DNA from: Gemmataceae bacterium
GTDB taxonomy: Bacteria > Planctomycetota > Planctomycetia > Gemmatales > Gemmataceae
DNA length: 58,880 bases
Reading direction: 5' to 3'
NCBI GenBank assembly: GCA_964201235.1
Contig: CAXNFS010000001.1
Coordinates: 1-58,880 of the forward strand
In this document: one piece after another, positions 54,301 to 58,880 of the stretch
How the letters are laid out: every line of letters begins with the position of its first letter
How positions within the stretch are numbered: position 1 is the stretch's first letter
The notes under the pieces: model-generated
Database searches by the model: none
Seen by the model: only the letters and a program-made list of their open reading frames with translations
Told to the model about the DNA's origin: nothing
Made by a program: the position numbers and the translations under genes

Positions 54301-54726
54301 TTAGCATCGATTCATGGAGCAGGTTTAGTTTATGGCCCAATCCATCAATCTTCTCTAATTATTACACGAGAAGGGTGTATCAAATGGATTGGAGCAGGTT
54401 GTCCAACATGGCTCTTTTCGAGTGAATCACACGATCTAAATATTTTTAAAAATGATGTTGAAAACCTTGCAGGTGAAATTTTAAAGTGGTTCTACAACCA
54501 TGAAGAAAAACAAAACTTAAAAACAACCTCGGATAGTAGTTTTAATGATTTCATTCTCTGGATTGAAGAAATAGCATCTGGAAAAATATCGGTAGATCTA
54601 AATGAATGGGTAACAAAAACTGCATTAGAGTTGCAAAACACTGAAGATTGGGAATCAAATTACAAAAATTTCATCAAATTGAACCAATCAGAAAACATTG
54701 AACAGTCATTTAAACTTTCTGCTTAA
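51370..54726 (+). CDS. Giant protein: degenerate FHA-like domain + ~600-aa coiled coil + MshEN-like helical segment + pseudokinase-like C-terminal domain
   Basis: The N-terminus is VGTVAGCELRL...LTLNGSSF...NDKLNIGNYEFSF. A heptad-rich E/K/L/Q region spans residues ~135-770. The C-terminus has HENVAS and IHGAGLVYGPIHQSSLII...WIGAG in place of HRD...DFG. Confidence 0.6.
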   Translation: MKEDELPFIPEHHDVASKATMVFSCLNKLIQSFPIHSTFLVGTVAGCELRLAGLDLPALLFQVNYVKPIGLLVRSITPLSGLTLNGSSFQESILKSNDKLNIGNYEFSFILTDSVAAITPSENIAPKIHDQSATINKLKTKSKSKRQLSHLIKKLKNKNQLLKIELDALIENNRTIAEREIDTFSKRSMLESEKSSIAEQLNLQIIKSKNYAEELVLLRNELDTLKSNSNHQSTTSDSDLKNITVLHDLLDQKTRNLHERALEVDRRSEDLEKNSRELEAQALEIDSLYCKLKDDRKILEEEYLSKKQENEHIIKQSTEIEQQMAEIFQLKLYLENVKARIDEKETNLENKLLSIQSLETDLLIMQEKSEIFKTELFEKEVLLSSGLELINQEKEELKNNKYYLESRILEVEQKELSLRSLENTFAGREYEIEATRKSLEDAKKELEDFKNIQDNKIKQTDSVEKNLAQMQEILRKRIEDIQLKESALIEKDTLLSNQIISLQTRNEEMENEHSKLVMELTSARDDFEKSKQELLKKTTDIDSVKFRMETENHGHELIKKEIFEALQRLEDEKAALEEVQLANLEIEKVKFAQGIDFKNQITGISENIPDLMAGAENCLSRLLGARDLLQEHLREFHDYAKIAREELELLLKESRDQQNRSQDSESKIIKAREEHRLSIASFKQQLIEWQHNLIEIKLALQTGESELERKQAKFETQAQILQQQTDNLSKKEHTLREKEGEVLAQTKEVHRHLDDMRAWYRSKIKDLSGTISNSLVSGYFDNALSSPDLNQDNHSQSIPESIEPSDNKLGNQLISLGLVESETLIALMAEAQKTRKSLRQALLNGGYLTFYQLALIEAGNINGLMIDRFRVIDKLPSTSKEYIFQVFDPIRKTECLLRHLSESELSDPYRPDEFRQRFSAAINLHHENVASTYEVLEIQGRPAVLVELIQGINQSEWASVHQKPDVWLNLVLQTISGLASIHGAGLVYGPIHQSSLIITREGCIKWIGAGCPTWLFSSESHDLNIFKNDVENLAGEILKWFYNHEEKQNLKTTSDSSFNDFILWIEEIASGKISVDLNEWVTKTALELQNTEDWESNYKNFIKLNQSENIEQSFKLSA

Positions 54727-54729
54727 AAT

Positions 54730-56052
54730 CTAAAAATTTATTATTTTTTTCTTCCTAGAGTTTTCACAATTTGCAAATTTATTTTTAGTATCTAATATAA
54801 AATTCGAAAAATTCAAAACCATATCCCAATCAATCAGATCATGATCAGCAAGTATGATGCACAGATCTTGATTTTTCAATAATTGCGGACTTAAATCAAA
54901 CTCTCTTTGAACATCCCTCTTAGAAAGATTATTCTTAATCAAAGGGTCATGCCATTTTAAGTTACAGCCAAGATTTAATAGTGAATCAAAAATTTCAATC
55001 GCTGGAGACTCACGCAAATCACTTATATTTTTCTTGTAACCCAACCCAATCAACAACAAATTCGACCCGTTGATTGATTTTGATCTGTTTTGCAAAAATG
55101 TTTCGATTTTCTTAACAATCATTTGTGGTCTTTTTTTGTTTAAATCACACGCAAGATTAATAACCCCTGCATTTGCACCCATACTTTTTAGCTTAGAAAG
55201 AAGATAATATGGGTCGACCGGAATGCAATGCCCCCCAACGCCTGGCCCTGGATAAAATGCCTGAAAGCCAAAAGGTTTTGTGGCAGCTAGTTTAATTATT
55301 TCCCATACATCAAGATTTAACCCCTTACAAATTTCATCCCATTCATTTGCTAGTGCTATATTTACAGCACGATAAACATTTTCCAACAGCTTTGATGCTT
55401 CAGCAGCTTCAATTGAACTCGCCTGATGAACTTCATCAAACAATTGATTAAATAATACCATGGCAACTTTCGAAGACTCATTATCAAGAGCTCCAAAAAC
55501 TCTCGGCAAAGTTTTAGTGGTAAAGGCGCTGTTACCTGGATCTTCTCTTTCCGGACTAAAAACAAGAAAAAAGTCAGTCCCTTGTTCTTGCGTTTCGTTA
55601 TCCAAAATACTCAATCCAATGGTACGCGTTGTACCAGGAAATGATGTGCTAGAAATAACCACTAAAAAAGGTTTTTCAGCTATAGTTCTTATCGAAGTAA
55701 TCGCAGCACAAAAGCTATCAAGGGCAGGGGCACCATTTAAAAGCGGGGTTGGAACACAGACCCAATAAATATCGCAAGGGCCTTCGCAAGAAATGTCGCT
55801 GGTTACAGTAAATCTTCCCGTATCGAATAGCTCTTGAACTTTGACTGTTGAAATCGTTTCGAGATAACTTTCACCACGAATCAACATCTCAACTTTATTT
55901 GTATTTGTGTCGTAACCAACAACTTTAAACCCTGCTTTGACTATACACTCTGCAAGTGGAAGCCCTGTATACCCAAGGCCAACAACCATTATCCTAGATT
56001 GTTTCTCTTGAAGTTGATAGAGAAAATAGTTTAACTGCTCATCTGAAATCAT
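54730..56052 (-). CDS. Nucleotide-sugar dehydrogenase (UDP-GlcNAc/ManNAc 6-dehydrogenase-like)
   Basis: VVGLGYTGLPLA is the Rossmann motif. It has the GGHCIPVDPYYL catalytic Cys block and the C-terminal LIGLGYKKN..D.RESP. Confidence 0.9.
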   Translation of the reverse strand: MISDEQLNYFLYQLQEKQSRIMVVGLGYTGLPLAECIVKAGFKVVGYDTNTNKVEMLIRGESYLETISTVKVQELFDTGRFTVTSDISCEGPCDIYWVCVPTPLLNGAPALDSFCAAITSIRTIAEKPFLVVISSTSFPGTTRTIGLSILDNETQEQGTDFFLVFSPEREDPGNSAFTTKTLPRVFGALDNESSKVAMVLFNQLFDEVHQASSIEAAEASKLLENVYRAVNIALANEWDEICKGLNLDVWEIIKLAATKPFGFQAFYPGPGVGGHCIPVDPYYLLSKLKSMGANAGVINLACDLNKKRPQMIVKKIETFLQNRSKSINGSNLLLIGLGYKKNISDLRESPAIEIFDSLLNLGCNLKWHDPLIKNNLSKRDVQREFDLSPQLLKNQDLCIILADHDLIDWDMVLNFSNFILDTKNKFANCENSRKKKIINF

Positions 56053-56918
56053 GGCGAAGGCTGAAGAACTAATTTCTTATCTTCAGTTCCATTAAATTTT
56101 TCTTGAAGGTCTTTGTCACAGAACTGAACACGGCTAATTGAATCAGTCTTTCCTGTTACTGCATTTATTTCAAGAATTACGCCAGACATTCTGACATCAC
56201 CTGATGCAACCGAGAATTGGTTAGGCAAAAAAGTAATTGTGGTTGCAGTAACTGGTTCAATGCACCGACCCAATACACTGTCATAAGGTCCAGTCATTCC
56301 TAAATCGCAAATAAAAGCCGTGCCTTCACCGAGAATTTGTTCATCAGCAGTTTGCACATGGGTATGGGTGCCTAAAACTGCAGAAACTTTACCTTTTAGA
56401 AAGTGACCCATCAAATATTTATCAGATGTTGCCTCAGCATGAATATCAACAATTATTACATTAGTTTGTTTTTGGACTTCGGGAATTATTTTTTCTGCAG
56501 ATGAAAAAGGGCAATCCACCGGTCTCATAAACGTTCTGCCCATTAATGAAACCACTGCAACGGTAAATCCATCAATGGTGTTCGTAAATGCAAAGGTTTT
56601 TCCGGGAGAAGATGAGGGGTAATTCGCAGGCTTACAGATGCAATTTTCAGATATGAGCGTATTTATTATTTCTTGCTTTTTGTAAATGTGATCTCCCAAA
56701 GTGAAGAGATCAACACCCGCAGCTTTTAATTTTTTAAATATTGATGGCGTAAGTCCAGAACCTCCAGCAGCGTTTTCCGCATTTGCTATAACCAAATCTA
56801 GTCCCATACTTTTCTTAATAGCAAGCAGATAACTCTGCAAAATGTTCACCCCAGGAGACCCGACAATATCCCCCAGCATCAACACTCTCAGAATCTTTGG
56901 CAGATTATTTTGCAACAT
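56049..56918 (-). CDS. ymdB: YmdB-like metallophosphoesterase (TIGR00282 family, 2',3'-cyclic-nucleotide phosphodiesterase)
   Basis: [51 protein letters not shown] and DLGMTGP. Confidence 0.9.
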   Translation of the reverse strand: MLQNNLPKILRVLMLGDIVGSPGVNILQSYLLAIKKSMGLDLVIANAENAAGGSGLTPSIFKKLKAAGVDLFTLGDHIYKKQEIINTLISENCICKPANYPSSSPGKTFAFTNTIDGFTVAVVSLMGRTFMRPVDCPFSSAEKIIPEVQKQTNVIIVDIHAEATSDKYLMGHFLKGKVSAVLGTHTHVQTADEQILGEGTAFICDLGMTGPYDSVLGRCIEPVTATTITFLPNQFSVASGDVRMSGVILEINAVTGKTDSISRVQFCDKDLQEKFNGTEDKKLVLQPSP

Positions 56919-58467
56919 CGACCACTCTTAATTCACGAATAACTGTTACCTTGATTTCACCCGGGTAGTTCATCTGGTCTTCAATAGCACGGGCGATGTC
57001 ATGGCAAGTTTTAATCGCCTGCTCATCGGTGGTGCGAGCCGCACTGGCTATCACACGAAGTTCCCTGCCGGCTTGAATTGCAAATGCCTGTTCAACATCA
57101 GGAAAACCACAAGCAATGGCTTCAAGTTCTTCTAAACGCTTAACATATTTTTCAAGTGTTTCTCTACGAGCGCCAGGCCTTGCTGCACTTATTGCATCTG
57201 CAGTTGCAACTAAAACAGTGTAGATATGATCAACAGTTATATCGTCATGATGACCTGCAATCGCATGTAAAACATCGGGATTACTTTCCCCGTATTTACG
57301 GGCAAGTTCAGCACCAATTTTAGGATGGCCACCTTCCATTTCATGATCTGCAGCTTTGCCAATATCATGAAGCAAACCGCATTTCCGCGCTAGTCTACCG
57401 TCTAAACCTAATTCATCTGCAAGCATTCCTGCTAGAAACGCAACTTCAATGCTATGCCTCAGTACATTTTGACTGTAACTGGTACGGAATTTTAACCGGC
57501 CGAGCAATTGAACAAGTTTATCATTCAATGGCCCCATACCTACTTCATTAAGAGCTTCACGCCCTACTTCCATAATGTGCTTTTCCATCTCTTCTTGCGA
57601 TTCTTTTACTACCTCTTCAATTTTAGTAGGGTGGATTCGACCATCTTGAATAAGCTTTAATAAAGAAAGCCTAGCTATCTCGCGCCTTACACTATCAAAA
57701 GCACTTACGACCACCACGCCTGGAGTATCGTCAACAATCAGATCAACACCAGTAACATTTTGGAAAGTTCGAATATTGCGGCCTTCACGCCCAATAATTC
57801 TGCCTTTAATATCATCGTTTGGAATATCAACGGTGCTAACAGTACTTTCAACAGAATGCTGCGAAGCATATCGTTGAACAGCCATTGCAAGAATTTTTCT
57901 GGCAGATTCTTTAGCAGAATCTTTGAGATGATCATCATGCTTTTTCAATTTATCAGCAACTTGTTTACTAAGAGTTCTTTCCAAGTTTTCAAAAAGCATT
58001 TTTTCGGCATGATCCCGGGAAATACCAGAAATATCCAACAATCTTTTTTCTTGTTTTTCTAGAATCTCTGCAAACTTTTTGTTTTTTACTTCAGTTTCAT
58101 TTTTGCGATCTTGCAACTGATTTTGAAGGACCTCGGTTAAGCGTTCGCGTTTAAGCATATCCCTTGCTTTATCCTCGATGGCATCTTCTCGTTTTTCGAG
58201 ACGCTTTTCTTGATCGCGTAAATCTAGGCGAATATTTTCGAAACTTTTATTGAGTTCTTCTTTCCTACGAAGGGAATCTTCTTTTGAAACTAATTCAGCA
58301 TCTTTGATTATTTTGTCAGCTTTAGCCTTGGCTTCATTAATTAACGAATTATTATCAGCATTTAGACTATTTAACTTGGTACGGTAAAAAACCGTAGCTA
58401 TGGCATAGCCAATTACGCTAAAAACTAATCCACTCAGGAAAATATAAACAAGTTGATCAGAAGTCAC
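56905..58467 (-). CDS. rny: Ribonuclease Y
   Basis: N-terminal TM helix, coiled-coil region, KH domain ([12 protein letters not shown]) and HD domain (LLHDIGKA...GHH). Length is 520 aa. Confidence 0.95.
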   Translation of the reverse strand: MTSDQLVYIFLSGLVFSVIGYAIATVFYRTKLNSLNADNNSLINEAKAKADKIIKDAELVSKEDSLRRKEELNKSFENIRLDLRDQEKRLEKREDAIEDKARDMLKRERLTEVLQNQLQDRKNETEVKNKKFAEILEKQEKRLLDISGISRDHAEKMLFENLERTLSKQVADKLKKHDDHLKDSAKESARKILAMAVQRYASQHSVESTVSTVDIPNDDIKGRIIGREGRNIRTFQNVTGVDLIVDDTPGVVVVSAFDSVRREIARLSLLKLIQDGRIHPTKIEEVVKESQEEMEKHIMEVGREALNEVGMGPLNDKLVQLLGRLKFRTSYSQNVLRHSIEVAFLAGMLADELGLDGRLARKCGLLHDIGKAADHEMEGGHPKIGAELARKYGESNPDVLHAIAGHHDDITVDHIYTVLVATADAISAARPGARRETLEKYVKRLEELEAIACGFPDVEQAFAIQAGRELRVIASAARTTDEQAIKTCHDIARAIEDQMNYPGEIKVTVIRELRVVDVAK

Positions 58468-58880
58468 TTTATCACCTCTATTAATAAAATAAACGAGGTT
58501 TTCGCATGAAAAATACGCGAATAAAAAAAGAAAATGTTATTTATGAAGCAAAAACCCAAAGAGGCTACGAACCAGATAAACATAATTTCCAAAATTAGAC
58601 CAAATAATTGCAATTTGTAACGGTTATTGCCTAACTCTTCGTAAAATAAAGCTCAAAACAAAGAAAACAATTCTGTTACAAAACACCCCAATCAATTTTA
58701 GCCTAAATTTATCGTAACTTTTAGACTCGTAGAACCGTTTAACTCTTAAATAATAGGTTAATTAGCACAAAAATTCATTAATGCTTCACAAATTCAGCTA
58801 CTTCTTTCTTAAAACCCCACAAAACATAAGTCTTTACCACACAATGAATTATTATGCGAAAAGTATGGCTATTTATCCAT

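Noticed and set aside
58468-58880. 413-nt AT-rich region upstream of rny, containing a 30-codon ORF (58507-) and an ATG at 58844 that runs off the window.
   Set aside because: I recognise no family or RNA structure. The terminal ORF shows only 12 codons, so no feature call is justified.
1-58880. Scan for CRISPR arrays, tRNA/rRNA genes, transposases, integrases, prophage or defence-island genes.
   Set aside because: I saw no regularly spaced direct repeats, no cloverleaf-like GC-rich segments in the intergenic gaps, and no recombinase or transposase-like translations. The window looks like core chromosome.

Overview
AT-rich (about 40% GC by eye) chromosomal segment. The gene content points to a Planctomycetota/PVC bacterium: two DUF1553(PSCyt)/DUF1501 gene pairs, a BBP7 beta-barrel protein, DUF1080 proteins, a PVC-type ThuA/heme-binding giant protein, and Tat-exported Gfo/Idh/MocA. 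About 40 intact genes are tightly packed. I found no rRNA, tRNA, CRISPR array, transposase or integrase.

Housekeeping anchors are ppc, mutL and rny-ymdB. A sugar-acid operon (enolase-superfamily dehydratase, DapA-family aldolase, MFS fragment) lies at the left edge.

Most interesting items:
1. A 9.4-kb, five-gene duplicated circularly-permuted ATP-grasp / alpha-E / transglutaminase module (12154-21532). It belongs to a family known only from comparative genomics, with no known substrate or product.
2. A CarH/LitR-like regulator (excisionase-type HTH plus a B12-binding region with an exact W-x9-E-H motif). It is divergent from a sigma-70-family gene and lies upstream of a class II photolyase/GIY-YIG operon. 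A GAACGAT element follows both predicted -10 boxes, which suggests a cobalamin/light regulon.
3. A ThuA-discoidin-propeller-HEAT-cytochrome c giant protein with DUF1080 and a Tat Gfo/Idh/MocA oxidoreductase, a putative periplasmic 3-keto-glycoside route.
4. A 1118-aa protein with a degenerate FHA domain, a long coiled coil and a pseudokinase domain.
5. Two gene relics hidden in apparently non-coding DNA (a decayed catalase and a DUF1501 fragment), and an A10 tract that puts the natural-looking ATG of the aldolase gene out of frame.

All calls come from reading the translations and sequence by eye. No searches were run. Motif coordinates were counted by hand.
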